From Candidatus Saccharimonadota bacterium (GTDB lineage Bacteria > Patescibacteriota > Gracilibacteria > UBA4473), in the NCBI GenBank assembly GCA_965228485.1, contig OZ245819.1:540001-572000 (forward strand): a stretch of 32,000 nucleotides of DNA. Reading direction: 5' to 3'. The position numbers and the translations under genes are program-made. Below, piece by piece: positions 8,578 through 18,541 of this stretch. Each line of letters opens with the position of its first letter. Position 1 is the stretch's first letter. The notes under the pieces are model-generated. The model worked only from the letters and a program-made list of their open reading frames with translations. It was not told the DNA's origin and searched no databases.

Positions 8578-10683
8578 ATGCCAATATCTGTTGCCGATCT
8601 CGCAAAAAAATTAGAAATTGCTCCTGAAGCCGTCCAGCTACATGCCATGGATCTGGATTTTGAAATTCCAGATGATGAAATGATCCCTGATGAAGTAGCT
8701 CGTGATATTGAAAAGGCAGAAACGGGAAATGAAATTGCTCAAATCGATCACGAGTTTGAAGAACAAATGGATCGAGAGATTATTGACTCTCAGCAAAAGA
8801 AAACTGCTGGAAATAAAAAAACAACAAAAAAGAAAAAGGAAGAAGAAAAAGAAGAAGTTATTGAAATTAAAAAAGACGATGACGGAACCATTGTACTCCC
8901 AGAGAGCATGACGGTTCGTGAATTATCCGTAAAAATTAGTAAACCAATCCCAATTGTTCTTGTAAAATTAAAACAAAATGGGATCGTAGCAAATCTCAAA
9001 GAAGAAATTGATTATGAAACGGCTGCAATTATCGCTGAAGAGCTTGGAGTTAAGGTAAAAAAAGAAGCTGCAGAACTTTCTGGAGAAGATCTCTTCCGGG
9101 GAAATTTAACTGAACTTCTAGCAGATGAAGAAGTAGAATATCTAGAACAACGTCCTCCTGTAGTATCGATTATGGGACATGTTGATCACGGAAAAACTTC
9201 TATCTTAGATTACATCAGAAAATCAAAAGTTGCCGAAGGTGAAGCTGGAGGAATCACTCAAAGTATTGGTGCCTACCAAGTAGAAAGTAAAAATGGAAGT
9301 ATCACATTCTTGGACACTCCAGGACATGAAGCCTTCACTACAATGAGAGCTCGAGGGGCCAGAGCCACTGATATTGCTATCTTGGTCGTGGCTTCCACCG
9401 AAGGACTTATGCCTCAATCAATTGAGGCAATTAACCATGCTAAAGAAGCTGATATCCCAATTATTGTTGCTATCAATAAAATGGATTTAGATGGTGCAAA
9501 TCCAGATGTCGTAAAAGGTCAGTTAGCCGAACAAGAACTTAACCCTGAAGATTGGGGTGGTGATACGCCTTGCATTCCTGTTTCCGCCAAGACAGGTCTT
9601 GGAATCGATCAATTAATCGAAACTATTGAGGTTGTAGCAGAAGTACAAAGTCTTAAAGCTAACCCAAATCGTCCAGCCATTGGAACGATTATTGAATCCA
9701 CTATGGATAAAAAATCTGGGATTAGTGCTACAATTCTGGTAAATACAGGAACACTTAAACAAGGAGATTCTTTTGTAATTTACGACCAACATGGAAAAGT
9801 TCGAGCTATGCAAAATCACAAAGGAGAACTTGTAAAAGTAGCTCCACCATCAACTCCTGTAAAGATTAGTGGTTTTGGACACCTCCCAAGTGCAGGAGAT
9901 CTATTACAGGTTATGGAAAGTGAAAAAGTAGCCCGACGTAAAGCCGAGGAAGTTGCCAATATTAAACATGAAGACGATCTAAGTAAGCAACAAAAATTCT
10001 CACTAGCAACTCTTAAAGCCAAAATTGCAGAAGGAAAACTCGATCAATTGAAGGTAATCGTAAAAGCTGACTCAAAAGGAAGTTTAGAGGCCGTTATTGC
10101 TGAGTGTGAAAAAGTAAAAACTGATAAGAGTATGACAAAAGTCGTTCACTCTGGAGTTGGAGAAATCACAGAATCTGACGTAATGCTAGCCGCCGCAGGT
10201 GGATCAATCTTAGTTGGATTTTCCGTAAAATCTCCTGGGAGAATTGATAAACTTGCAGAAAAAGAAGGGGTAGAAATTCTTACTTACGATGTGATCTACC
10301 ACCTAAGTGAAAAACTACAAGAAATCATTGAAGGTCAAGATGCTGGAAACGAAATCGAATCTATCGTTGGTTCCTTTCTTATTAAGAAAATTTTTGCAGC
10401 AAACAAAACTATGGCCGTTCTTGGAGGAGAACTACTCGATGGAAAAGTTCGAAAACTTTGTCAGGTAAGAATTTTCCGAAAATCGGATGATGAAAATGCC
10501 GAAAAAAATGAAAATGGAGAGATTCTTGTAGGGCATGGAAAAATTGAAACGGTGCAAAGAGGTAGTGATGCCGTCAATGAAGTGACCGAAGTTGGACTCG
10601 AATGTGGAATGAAGGTTGATCATAAAAACTTAGATTTTGAAGAAGGTGATCGAATTGAACTCTTTGTTCCTAAGAAAGACTAG
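8578..10683 (+). CDS. infB: Translation initiation factor IF-2
   Basis: GTPase motifs [23 protein letters not shown] and SAK. The domain order is typical of IF-2, with a K/E-rich N-terminal linker. 701 aa. Confidence 0.97.
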   Translation: MPISVADLAKKLEIAPEAVQLHAMDLDFEIPDDEMIPDEVARDIEKAETGNEIAQIDHEFEEQMDREIIDSQQKKTAGNKKTTKKKKEEEKEEVIEIKKDDDGTIVLPESMTVRELSVKISKPIPIVLVKLKQNGIVANLKEEIDYETAAIIAEELGVKVKKEAAELSGEDLFRGNLTELLADEEVEYLEQRPPVVSIMGHVDHGKTSILDYIRKSKVAEGEAGGITQSIGAYQVESKNGSITFLDTPGHEAFTTMRARGARATDIAILVVASTEGLMPQSIEAINHAKEADIPIIVAINKMDLDGANPDVVKGQLAEQELNPEDWGGDTPCIPVSAKTGLGIDQLIETIEVVAEVQSLKANPNRPAIGTIIESTMDKKSGISATILVNTGTLKQGDSFVIYDQHGKVRAMQNHKGELVKVAPPSTPVKISGFGHLPSAGDLLQVMESEKVARRKAEEVANIKHEDDLSKQQKFSLATLKAKIAEGKLDQLKVIVKADSKGSLEAVIAECEKVKTDKSMTKVVHSGVGEITESDVMLAAAGGSILVGFSVKSPGRIDKLAEKEGVEILTYDVIYHLSEKLQEIIEGQDAGNEIESIVGSFLIKKIFAANKTMAVLGGELLDGKVRKLCQVRIFRKSDDENAEKNENGEILVGHGKIETVQRGSDAVNEVTEVGLECGMKVDHKNLDFEEGDRIELFVPKKD

Positions 10684-10702
10684 ATTTAAAAAACCCCATT
10701 TT

Positions 10703-10739
10703 AAAAAAGCCTTGATTCTCATCAAGGCTTTTTTATTTT
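10703..10739. terminator. Bidirectional rho-independent terminator between infB (+) and the convergent lipoprotein gene (-)
   Basis: AAGCCTTGAT (10707-10716), TCTC loop, ATCAAGGCTT (10721-10730): a perfect 10-bp stem. It is flanked by an A-run upstream and TTTTATTTT downstream. Confidence 0.85.
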
Positions 10740-10752
10740 GATAGATATTAAC

Positions 10753-11610
10753 TTAAGCTTCTTCTTCAGCCTCGGGTGGAACCACTTCTACTTCTATAAT
10801 CTCTGGCGTCGCTGGATCAACTACTGGTTCTACTGGATCTGGAACAACTCCTTCATCAAGTTCTGGTGATTGTGTTTCGTACTCCAATGCAAATTGAACC
10901 TGATTTTTACATTCTTCTAAAAGGTAATTCTCTGGTGGCTCAGGTGTTGGAAAAGCCGCTGGCTCTTCTGGATCAACTCCCTCTGGAGTATCTACAACTG
11001 GCAATTCGTATGACTGATCAACATAAGCTTCAATTTTGTTACAGATCTCTGGATCTTTTTCTTCTATAGCCTGAGATAGATAGTAAGAGTTTTTACAATC
11101 TTGCTGCGTAAATCCTTCTTGAATATTCCCGCAGAGTGAAACATCGTTTTCCATTAGAGATAGCTCTCTCCACAAATTATCCTTACAAATATCCTTCTCT
11201 CCATCCGCTAGAAGATCACACAATTCTGGATCTTTTTCTTCTTGAGTTTTTGAGTAAACTACTTGGCTTTCACATTGTTGTAGAGCGTAGTAGGCACAAG
11301 AGAGATATTGATCGTCATTATTAAATTTGAAATCCCCCAATTTAGATCGAAGTTGTTTCATAGAAAAAGTCGGAATTTCTATTTCAACAGGTGTTTCAAT
11401 AGGATCTAGATTTGGCTCTTCCTCAGTATTCGTTACTTCTTCAATACCCTCTTCTACTGGCTCATCTTCAATGAGCGTAAAATCAGGCTGCTCCACTTCC
11501 ATAATAGGTCTATCGGTTGTTGGTGGCTTTGGATAATCCTTGTTCTCTTGAGTACAAGCCGCAAGCACTATCACTAGAGATAGTACGAGTAGGTTTCTAA
11601 CTTCAAACAT
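10753..11610 (-). CDS. Acidic, cysteine-rich lipoprotein of unknown function
   Basis: MFEVRNLLVLSLVIVLAAC lipobox. Internal recurrence of EEKDPELCDLL / EEKDPEICNKI with regularly spaced Cys. P/E/V-rich termini. Confidence 0.6.
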   Translation of the reverse strand: MFEVRNLLVLSLVIVLAACTQENKDYPKPPTTDRPIMEVEQPDFTLIEDEPVEEGIEEVTNTEEEPNLDPIETPVEIEIPTFSMKQLRSKLGDFKFNNDDQYLSCAYYALQQCESQVVYSKTQEEKDPELCDLLADGEKDICKDNLWRELSLMENDVSLCGNIQEGFTQQDCKNSYYLSQAIEEKDPEICNKIEAYVDQSYELPVVDTPEGVDPEEPAAFPTPEPPENYLLEECKNQVQFALEYETQSPELDEGVVPDPVEPVVDPATPEIIEVEVVPPEAEEEA

Positions 11611-11792
11611 CGTAATTTTTTGTTTTAAAAAGTAGGCTAATTCTCGCTAAAAAGGCTTAAACTAGCAATAAATTCTATTTGCAAAGGCTTGTTTTTATTT
11701 TTTTTATATGGTCAGATTCATTCCTCATAATATAAAATTTGGTGTTAATGAGCTGTATAACTAGAATGAGGAGGTACTCCACAAAATAATTT

Positions 11793-13244
11793 ATGAACAA
11801 CGCTCGTACAGAGACTATCTTTAATCTCGGAAGACTCATTACTGATGGTCTTGGAATCTACTTCGCTCTTATTGGCGCTTATTTATTGAGAATGAAATTT
11901 TTTGAAATTTTCATTTTCCACTACCACATTGAACTTTTCCCAGCTCCTAGCACGTTATTCCCCTTTGCTACTTTTCAAAATTTTGCCTGGCAGTTTACAC
12001 TCATAATCCTTGCCATATTTGCTCTGAAGGGAAGATATCGATTGGGGGCTGATGAAAAACTATTTGATGAAATTGTTGAAGTATTCTGGGCCATCTGTGC
12101 TGGAATGGCGGTGTTATTGGTTTATTTCTTTTTTGCCAAATTCCATTTCTTCTCGCGCCTGATTTTTGGTTTTAGTTGGGGTCTTGCTCTTCTGTTTGTT
12201 CTGAGCGGAAGAGTCTTTCTCAGACTCTGTCGACAACAATTTTTAAAATACGGACTTGGCGTACAAAAGGTCCTACTTCTTGGAACGGGACACATTGCCC
12301 AAACTATTGGAAAACACATTATTGATAACCCTCATTATGAAATTGTCGGTGTTTTATCCGAATCAAGAAGTCATGCCAGAACCTTTCTTGATCATCGTGT
12401 AAGTGGAACTTTTAACTCTCTATCCAAAAGCATTGCTGAACTCAATCCTGATGAAATCTGGCTTTTAACTGATAAAGTAAGTGAAAAAATTTCTGGAAAA
12501 CTTATTAGAACCGCTCATACTCGCCATAAAAAATTCAGATTTGTTCCTGACGAGCTAAGCCTTGATCTAGCTACAGTAAAAGTTTCCACTTTTTCAAACT
12601 TTCCGCTCATTACTATTAGTCATCATAAAATAGAAGGATGGGGGGCTTTTTTCAAATCACTGATTGATATTTCTTTGGCGCTTACAATCCTCATTCTTAC
12701 TTCTCCAATAACACTTTTTGTAGCGCTATTAATTTGGTTTGACGATATGAAGAGTCCTATTATTTACGCCTCCAAGCGAGTAGGGAAAAACGGAAGAATC
12801 TTCAATTGCTACAAATTCCGAACCATGGTTCCAGACGCTGATAAACTCAAAAATAAACTTATCGAAAAAAACCAAAGAAAGGGGGGAGTCTTATTTAAAA
12901 TTGATGATGATCCGCGAATTACAAAACTTGGAAAAACTTTAAGAAAATACTCTCTCGACGAGCTCCCTCAACTCTTCAATGTTCTACATTTTGATATGAG
13001 CCTCATCGGGCCTAGACCGCATCTCCCTGAAGAGGTAAAAAAATACCCCGAGGAAGATCTGCAGATTCTATCGGTTAAGCCAGGAATTACCGGATTTGCT
13101 CAGATCAACGGTCGCTCAAGCCTGAGCTTTGAAGAAGAAATGCAACACGAAATGTTCTATATCAAAAACTGGTCGATCTGGCTGGATATTGTTATTTTCT
13201 TCAAAAGTATCATTGTTGTCTTAAAAGGAGAAAATGCCAGCTAA
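11793..13244 (+). CDS. Polyprenyl-phosphate sugar-phosphate transferase (WbaP/WcaJ-type bacterial sugar transferase)
   Basis: N-terminal TM helices; central Rossmann-like VLLLGTGHIAQTIG; C-terminal catalytic domain with YKFRTM, DELPQLFNVL, MSLIGPRP and PGITGFAQI. Confidence 0.9.
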   Translation: MNNARTETIFNLGRLITDGLGIYFALIGAYLLRMKFFEIFIFHYHIELFPAPSTLFPFATFQNFAWQFTLIILAIFALKGRYRLGADEKLFDEIVEVFWAICAGMAVLLVYFFFAKFHFFSRLIFGFSWGLALLFVLSGRVFLRLCRQQFLKYGLGVQKVLLLGTGHIAQTIGKHIIDNPHYEIVGVLSESRSHARTFLDHRVSGTFNSLSKSIAELNPDEIWLLTDKVSEKISGKLIRTAHTRHKKFRFVPDELSLDLATVKVSTFSNFPLITISHHKIEGWGAFFKSLIDISLALTILILTSPITLFVALLIWFDDMKSPIIYASKRVGKNGRIFNCYKFRTMVPDADKLKNKLIEKNQRKGGVLFKIDDDPRITKLGKTLRKYSLDELPQLFNVLHFDMSLIGPRPHLPEEVKKYPEEDLQILSVKPGITGFAQINGRSSLSFEEEMQHEMFYIKNWSIWLDIVIFFKSIIVVLKGENAS

Positions 13245-14586
13245 ACCACTCTATCAAAAACAAACAGAACTCGCGGTAGACACTTTTGGAGTTCCTCAAT
13301 CAATGCTCCCTTCAGAAATCATTGAAGCACTTTTAGTTATCAAAAAAGTACTCGCCCAAACGAATGCCTCACTAGCTCATGAAGGTCAAAATTTACTCTC
13401 CAAAGATAAATCCGAAGCGATTTTAAAAGCTGTAGACCAACTTTTAGAGAATCGTGATTCCTGGGAAATACACTTCCCTCTTTCAGCCATACAGACTGGT
13501 TCTGGGACTAATTCAAATATGAATGTTAATGAAGTCATCGCAACTTTGGCATCTAAAACTTCAGGCCTCGATATTCATCCCAATAATGACGTAAATCTTG
13601 GACAATCATCAAACGACACATTCCCTTCAAGTCTCCACCTTGCGAGCCTGAAACTCACGCTTGAGAAACTTATTCCCTCTAGTGAAGAACTCATAAAGCT
13701 TATAGAGGCGCGAGCTACTGAATTTAAAGACATAGTTAAAACTGGTCGAACTCACTCGATGGATGCTATGCCTGTGAGTTTTGAGTTAGAGTTTTTAGCC
13801 TGGGCCCAGTCACTTAAAGACACACTCGAGCATCTAAGAAAAGTATTAGATTCCGTGGCTCAGATCCCTCTTGGAGGTACTGCTGTCGGAACGGGTATTA
13901 ACGCCCACCCAGAAATGGCCGAAAAAGCTGTAAAAAAGTTTACCCAAACTTTTGGATATCCAATTCAGAGCGCCAAAAGTTTTAGCTCTCGAATGGGGTC
14001 TCAACACACATTACTTATACTTATGAATGCTGTGAGTGAGCTGTCAACCGTTCAGAACAAAATTGCTCAAGATTTGATACTCAGCAATAGTGGGCCACTC
14101 TGTGGTTTTTCGGATATACAGCTTCCTAAACACCTCGAGGGGAGTTCTATCATGCCAGGAAAAGTAAATCCTGTTTTACCCGAGGCCGTTTCTCAAATTT
14201 ATGCTCAAGTTATGGGATTACGACAAACGGTAGAAATTGGAGCGGGAAATAGTCGACACCAGTTAAATGTCTATCTACCAATCATTGGGCAGTCTCTCAT
14301 CCAAGCTCTATATCTGGTTTCACAAGCCAACCAATATCTTGAAGCCGATATTAAAAATCTTCAAGTAAATGAATCTCGTATAAAAGAGAATCTTAGTCGA
14401 AACCCAATCTTGGTAACGGCCCTTAATCGTAGAATTGGTTATGAAGCAGGAAAAGAAATTGTAAATATAGCGCTCAAAGAGAATCGGCCGCTTAAAGAAG
14501 TAGCCCTTGAAAAAACCGATCTGTCTGAAGATGAACTCGACCAATTACTCGATCCTAAAAAATTAGCCCAAGGAGGTATTCAATAA
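13234..14586 (+). CDS. Fumarate-lyase superfamily enzyme, class II fumarate hydratase-like (FumC/AspA clade)
   Basis: Signature GSSIMPGKVNP, TGSGTNSNMNVNEV, SSNDTFPS and GRTHSMDAMP (His as in FumC, where AspA has Gln). It overlaps the upstream transferase gene by 11 nt. AAGGAG lies 4 nt before the ATG. Confidence 0.8.
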   Translation: MPAKPLYQKQTELAVDTFGVPQSMLPSEIIEALLVIKKVLAQTNASLAHEGQNLLSKDKSEAILKAVDQLLENRDSWEIHFPLSAIQTGSGTNSNMNVNEVIATLASKTSGLDIHPNNDVNLGQSSNDTFPSSLHLASLKLTLEKLIPSSEELIKLIEARATEFKDIVKTGRTHSMDAMPVSFELEFLAWAQSLKDTLEHLRKVLDSVAQIPLGGTAVGTGINAHPEMAEKAVKKFTQTFGYPIQSAKSFSSRMGSQHTLLILMNAVSELSTVQNKIAQDLILSNSGPLCGFSDIQLPKHLEGSSIMPGKVNPVLPEAVSQIYAQVMGLRQTVEIGAGNSRHQLNVYLPIIGQSLIQALYLVSQANQYLEADIKNLQVNESRIKENLSRNPILVTALNRRIGYEAGKEIVNIALKENRPLKEVALEKTDLSEDELDQLLDPKKLAQGGIQ

Positions 14587-14597
14587 GTTTTTTTATA

Positions 14598-14999
14598 ATG
14601 AAATATCTACTACTTTATCTGTCTCTCGTTGGTATCTTTTTTATTATCGATATCTTTTGGATTAATTACGTAGCTAAAGATTTATACTTCAAAATGCTTG
14701 ATCACTTGCTTGCAAAACCTCTAAACCTGCAAGCAGCATTTATTTTTTACCTTATTTATATCGTGGGAATTATGATTTTTGCGGTCCTCCCTGGATATCA
14801 ATCTGGACAATGGCAAACAGCCCTTATGTGGGGTGTTTTGTTTGGTTTTTTTACTTATGCTACTTACGACCTTACAAATCTGTCCACTCTAAAGGACTGG
14901 CCAATAAAAGTGGTCATTATCGATATTCTCTGGGGCATGGTTCTCTGTGGAACGGTGGCAACGGCTGGATTCTTTATTGCTCAATACCTTAAAGTATAA
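14598..14999 (+). CDS. Small 4-TM membrane protein (DUF2177-like)
   Basis: 133 aa with four hydrophobic helices. N-terminal [15 protein letters not shown] and C-terminal [13 protein letters not shown] resemble DUF2177 as I recall it. Its stop overlaps the next start (TAATG). Confidence 0.45.
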   Translation: MKYLLLYLSLVGIFFIIDIFWINYVAKDLYFKMLDHLLAKPLNLQAAFIFYLIYIVGIMIFAVLPGYQSGQWQTALMWGVLFGFFTYATYDLTNLSTLKDWPIKVVIIDILWGMVLCGTVATAGFFIAQYLKV

Positions 15000-15766
15000 T
15001 GTTTCTTGTTTTAGAAGTTTTATGTCTTACTTTTATCCTTCAAACTTTAGCCTTTGGAGTGAGTTATTACCTCCAAAAAAATGCTGTTGCAGATGCTTTT
15101 TGGGGACTTAATATTGCTATTATTGCAGCATACTGCGTAGTGAGCATTTACCCAATAATGTTCAATGCGAAAATCATAGCCCTTCTTACCATTGTTTGGG
15201 GGCTTAGATTAACTGTAATATTAGGGAAACGACATCTAAAAAAAGGCCCTGAAGAAAGACGATACGCTAGTATGAGTCAAAATTGGAAATACTACTATTT
15301 ACGGTCATATCTACAGGTATTTTTACTCCAAGGACTGTTAATGATCGTCCTGTCTAGTGCGCTTATAACCAGTATCATTTATCCAACGATTGTGCCTCAA
15401 TGGGTTTTCTATCTTGGAGTAAGTATCTGGGTTTTTGGATTTTTATTTGAGGTCATTGGTGACTGGCAACTTTCAAAGTTTAGAAAGCATAAAGAACCTG
15501 GTCAAATATTGACTCACGGACTCTGGAAATACACACGTCATCCAAACTATTTTGGAGAGGTCGTTCTTTGGTGGGGAATCTGGATACTAACACTACCGTC
15601 CTCCTACTGGTACTTAAGTTTGATTACTCCTCTGACTATTACCGTTCTTATTCTGAAGGTCTCAGGAATCCCTCTTGCGGAGAACCGCTATAAAGACAAC
15701 CAAGATTTCCAGGTCTATGCTAAAAAAACCAATAAATTCTTTCCTTGGAAACCTAAAAAAGCCTAA
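14999..15766 (+). CDS. DUF1295 / steroid-5-alpha-reductase-like polytopic membrane protein
   Basis: [22 protein letters not shown] is the hallmark C-terminal motif of this family. There are multiple TM helices. Confidence 0.75.
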   Translation: MFLVLEVLCLTFILQTLAFGVSYYLQKNAVADAFWGLNIAIIAAYCVVSIYPIMFNAKIIALLTIVWGLRLTVILGKRHLKKGPEERRYASMSQNWKYYYLRSYLQVFLLQGLLMIVLSSALITSIIYPTIVPQWVFYLGVSIWVFGFLFEVIGDWQLSKFRKHKEPGQILTHGLWKYTRHPNYFGEVVLWWGIWILTLPSSYWYLSLITPLTITVLILKVSGIPLAENRYKDNQDFQVYAKKTNKFFPWKPKKA

Positions 15767-17184
15767 CCTTCTTGGACTAAAATTCTTGGTTCGAGCATAT
15801 CAAGCATTGCGTATTTTACTCCTTCTCGACCAAGTCCGGACTGCTTAACCCCTCCATAAGGCATATGATCAACTCTGAAAGTTGGAACGTTATTATGAAT
15901 GACTCCTCCGACTTCCAAAGTATTAAACGCCTTATTCAGCTCATCAATATTATTAGTATAAACCCCTGCCTGTAGTCCAAACTTACCGGCATTTACTTTT
16001 TCAATAGCTTCATTGAAATCGCTAAACTTCTCAATCACTACCACAGGCCCAAAGGCTTCTTCTGCAACGACCTTCGCTTTCATTGGAACATCGGTGAGAA
16101 TTGTTGGAGCGTAGAAAGTTCCTTCTCTTTTACCCCCTGCAATCAACTTTGCGCCCATATCAATGGCTTCATTTACCCATGCTTCCATTCGAAGGGCATT
16201 TTTTTCATCAATCATACTACTAAACTGCGTTGAATCATCAGTTGGGGATCCTACTTTCAACGTCTCAGCCCCTGACTTCATCTTCGCAATAAAATCATCG
16301 AATTTAGATTCATGTACGTAATACCTTTGGGCATGAATACAAATCTGTCCTGCATAAGAGAATCCTCCCATCATACAGGCTGGTAGAGCCTGATCAACAT
16401 CAGCACTTTCAGCAATAATGACTCCCGCATTCCCCCCTAGCTCTAGAACTACTTTTTTCTCCCCTGACTGCTCTTTCATCTTCCATCCAACCACTGGTGA
16501 TCCTGTAAAAGATAAGAGCTTATAACGATCATCGGTCACTAACCTGTTTCCGGTAGTCCGATCCATCGGAAGGATGGAAACCGCTCCTCGTGGTAGATCG
16601 GTTTCATCAATAATTTTGGCTAATTCCAGACAAGAAAGCGGCGTACTTGAAGCTGGCTTTAGCACGATTGGACACCCCGCAGCAATGGCTGGTGCGATTT
16701 TGTGAACCGCTAAATTCAGTGGAAAATTAAATGGTGCAATCCCTGCTACAGGCCCTACTGGAAATTGTTTTACAATTCCTGATTTCGCTTCTCCAGGAAT
16801 CGTCCAATCGAGTCGGAGAAACTCTTCTCCAGGAATTCTCTTAGCCTCTTCGGCTGCAACTAAAAATGTCTGAGCCGCACGATCAATTTCTCCAACCGCA
16901 TAGATCATAGGTTTTCCAGATTCTGCCGCTAGAACTTCTCCTAAACGGTTTCTGTCTTCGATAAGTCGATCTGAAATATATCTCAAAATTTCAAAACGTT
17001 TATAGGTCGGAAGAACACTCATTTCTTCTTGTACTTCCACCGCTCGACCGGTAGCGATTTCAAACTCCTCATCTCCAGCTAAGAAAGTTTCGGCAAAAAC
17101 TTTGCTGTCATATGGATTCTCAACTGGGAGGGTATTTTCTGTTTCTAAAAATTCACCGGCAACGTAAATAGGATATTTTTTCAT
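15763..17184 (-). CDS. NAD(P)+-dependent aldehyde dehydrogenase, GapN-like subgroup
   Basis: Catalytic Glu in LELGGNA; catalytic Cys in YAGQICIHA; FTGSPVVG cofactor motif. The C-terminal [23 protein letters not shown] resembles non-phosphorylating GAPDH-type ALDHs. Confidence 0.88.
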   Translation of the reverse strand: MKKYPIYVAGEFLETENTLPVENPYDSKVFAETFLAGDEEFEIATGRAVEVQEEMSVLPTYKRFEILRYISDRLIEDRNRLGEVLAAESGKPMIYAVGEIDRAAQTFLVAAEEAKRIPGEEFLRLDWTIPGEAKSGIVKQFPVGPVAGIAPFNFPLNLAVHKIAPAIAAGCPIVLKPASSTPLSCLELAKIIDETDLPRGAVSILPMDRTTGNRLVTDDRYKLLSFTGSPVVGWKMKEQSGEKKVVLELGGNAGVIIAESADVDQALPACMMGGFSYAGQICIHAQRYYVHESKFDDFIAKMKSGAETLKVGSPTDDSTQFSSMIDEKNALRMEAWVNEAIDMGAKLIAGGKREGTFYAPTILTDVPMKAKVVAEEAFGPVVVIEKFSDFNEAIEKVNAGKFGLQAGVYTNNIDELNKAFNTLEVGGVIHNNVPTFRVDHMPYGGVKQSGLGREGVKYAMLDMLEPRILVQEG

Positions 17185-17192
17185 CAGATTTA

Positions 17193-17222
17193 TTTATACT
17201 AGATTCCCTAAATAATTTCGAA
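17193..17222 (-). promoter_or_regulatory. Candidate promoter for the aldehyde dehydrogenase gene
   Basis: On the minus strand: TTCGAA, 18-nt spacer, TATAAA, then 8 nt to the ATG at 17184. Confidence 0.35.
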
Positions 17223-17370
17223 GAAATTATTGAAAAAACTTTGTTTTTTTAGTGAAGAGAATACACCTTAATCGATGTCATACTAAATTGTTAAAAGAAG
17301 GTTTTATAAACAATTTAGTATATAGAGTTTTCATGATTTTTTTTCAATTAAAGGACGTAATTTATACAAC

Positions 17371-17394
17371 AAAAAAGAGAGACTTTCGTCCCTC
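17371..17394 (-). terminator. Rho-independent terminator after the Gmad2-like lipoprotein gene
   Basis: The minus strand reads GAGGGAC GAAA GUCUCUC UUUUUU. The one imperfect pair is G-U on the minus strand but an A-C mismatch on the plus strand. Confidence 0.65.
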
Positions 17395-17423
17395 TTCTTT
17401 TATTTCAGCAATTATTACTTTCC

Positions 17424-17945
17424 CTATGGCCACAGAATCATAACTTCTGTTACATCTTCTGTGTCTTCATCCGCCACTAGGTCTTTAGCAAACCGAATTT
17501 TTCCCATGTCCCCATCTACAGGCACTTCAAACTCTAATGTAGTAGTAAACTCAATCATATCTCCAGCGGCTAAATCACCACCTTCTTCGAGAGGGTCTAG
17601 CCAATCCCCTTGAGCGTACCACTCTTTAATTATCTCTTCTTCAAGAGTCATAAGCGTAACGGGGAAACTCCCTTCAAAAAACCAATTCCGAGGGGCTTTT
17701 CCGGTAAGCATAAGTGGTGATTCTATCATTTGACGATCCTGAAGATCATTAACAATAATCTCATTTCCTGCAGAAGTCTTGAAGACTACTGGCTCTCCCC
17801 CACTTCCTTCTATATCTACGATATCATCAAAACTCATTTCATCTAACGTGGCCCCATCTACCATTTCATCACTCACTTCTTGAGGCGATTTATCCCCACA
17901 GGCTGTGAGCGTCAATACGAAAGCCAGGCATAAAAAATATTTCAT
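17424..17945 (-). CDS. Lipoprotein with a Gmad2-like immunoglobulin-fold domain
   Basis: MKYFLCLAFVLTLTAC lipobox. IESPLMLTGKAPRNWFFEGSFPVTLM followed by beta-rich sequence matches the Gmad2 pattern (SPxxVxGxA...FEG). Confidence 0.5.
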   Translation of the reverse strand: MKYFLCLAFVLTLTACGDKSPQEVSDEMVDGATLDEMSFDDIVDIEGSGGEPVVFKTSAGNEIIVNDLQDRQMIESPLMLTGKAPRNWFFEGSFPVTLMTLEEEIIKEWYAQGDWLDPLEEGGDLAAGDMIEFTTTLEFEVPVDGDMGKIRFAKDLVADEDTEDVTEVMILWP

Positions 17946-17953
17946 GATGATTA

Positions 17954-18475
17954 CTAGTTAGTTACTGGAACCCCTTCTGGAGTAGATTCTTCAGCCTCTT
18001 CAGGAGCTTCTAAAGCTGGCAGACCAAGAATCTCTCGAAGTCCCCGAGCAGGTTCTTCTTCTGGACGTTTTTTATTGGCTTCACAAACCATTCCATCCTT
18101 ATCTCTATCCAGTCCGTGAATGTCATTTTCTACTCCCCCACAAGCATCAAAAAGATCTTGAGCTTCATCTTGATATTTGAAATTATCACAATTGAAGTTT
18201 GTTTCTGACTGACACTCATTGATCAGCCAAACACCATTTTCGGTAACATTTACTCGAGATTCGGCAAATGATCCCGTTTCGATAAGTTTTTGAACATCAA
18301 AATCGTTATCAGTTACTTCCATTCCAACCGCTACCAGAAGAATTCCAATAAGTCCCAGAATCCAAAGACGGAACTTTTCAAAGAAAAACCACATAATCGC
18401 TAGAATAACAATTAGTACGAGCATTAAGATCAGTCGAGCATTCTTGCTTCGACGAAGTTCTGAAGATTTTTTCAT
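17954..18475 (-). CDS. Membrane-anchored protein with an Excalibur calcium-binding domain
   Basis: Two N-terminal TM helices. NCDNFKYQDEAQDLFDACGGVENDIHGLDRDKDGMVCE matches the Excalibur consensus (C..F.....A......LDRDxDGxxCE). Confidence 0.7.
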   Translation of the reverse strand: MKKSSELRRSKNARLILMLVLIVILAIMWFFFEKFRLWILGLIGILLVAVGMEVTDNDFDVQKLIETGSFAESRVNVTENGVWLINECQSETNFNCDNFKYQDEAQDLFDACGGVENDIHGLDRDKDGMVCEANKKRPEEEPARGLREILGLPALEAPEEAEESTPEGVPVTN

Positions 18476-18501
18476 TTCTAAATAAGTTAAAGTACCTCTT
18501 C

Positions 18502-18529
18502 ATAGTAGTACTTGAACAAAACTTGTCAA
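18502..18529 (-). promoter_or_regulatory. Candidate sigma70-type promoter for the Excalibur/Gmad2 gene pair
   Basis: On the minus strand: TTGACA (plus-strand coordinates 18524-18529), 16-nt spacer, TACTAT (18502-18507). It lies 26 nt upstream of the ATG at 18475. Confidence 0.45.
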
Positions 18530-18541
18530 AAACGAGAATTA

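Noticed and set aside
8810-8860. Purine-rich AAG/GAA run that looks like a simple-sequence repeat
   Set aside because: It is in frame within infB and encodes the K/E-rich linker ([14 protein letters not shown]) common in IF-2 N-terminal regions. It is not a separate DNA element.
17252-17443. 63-aa + strand ORF in the ALDH/lipoprotein spacer
   Set aside because: It sits in an AT-rich intergenic region, overlaps a minus-strand terminator and the 3' end of the lipoprotein gene, and has no promoter or motif support.
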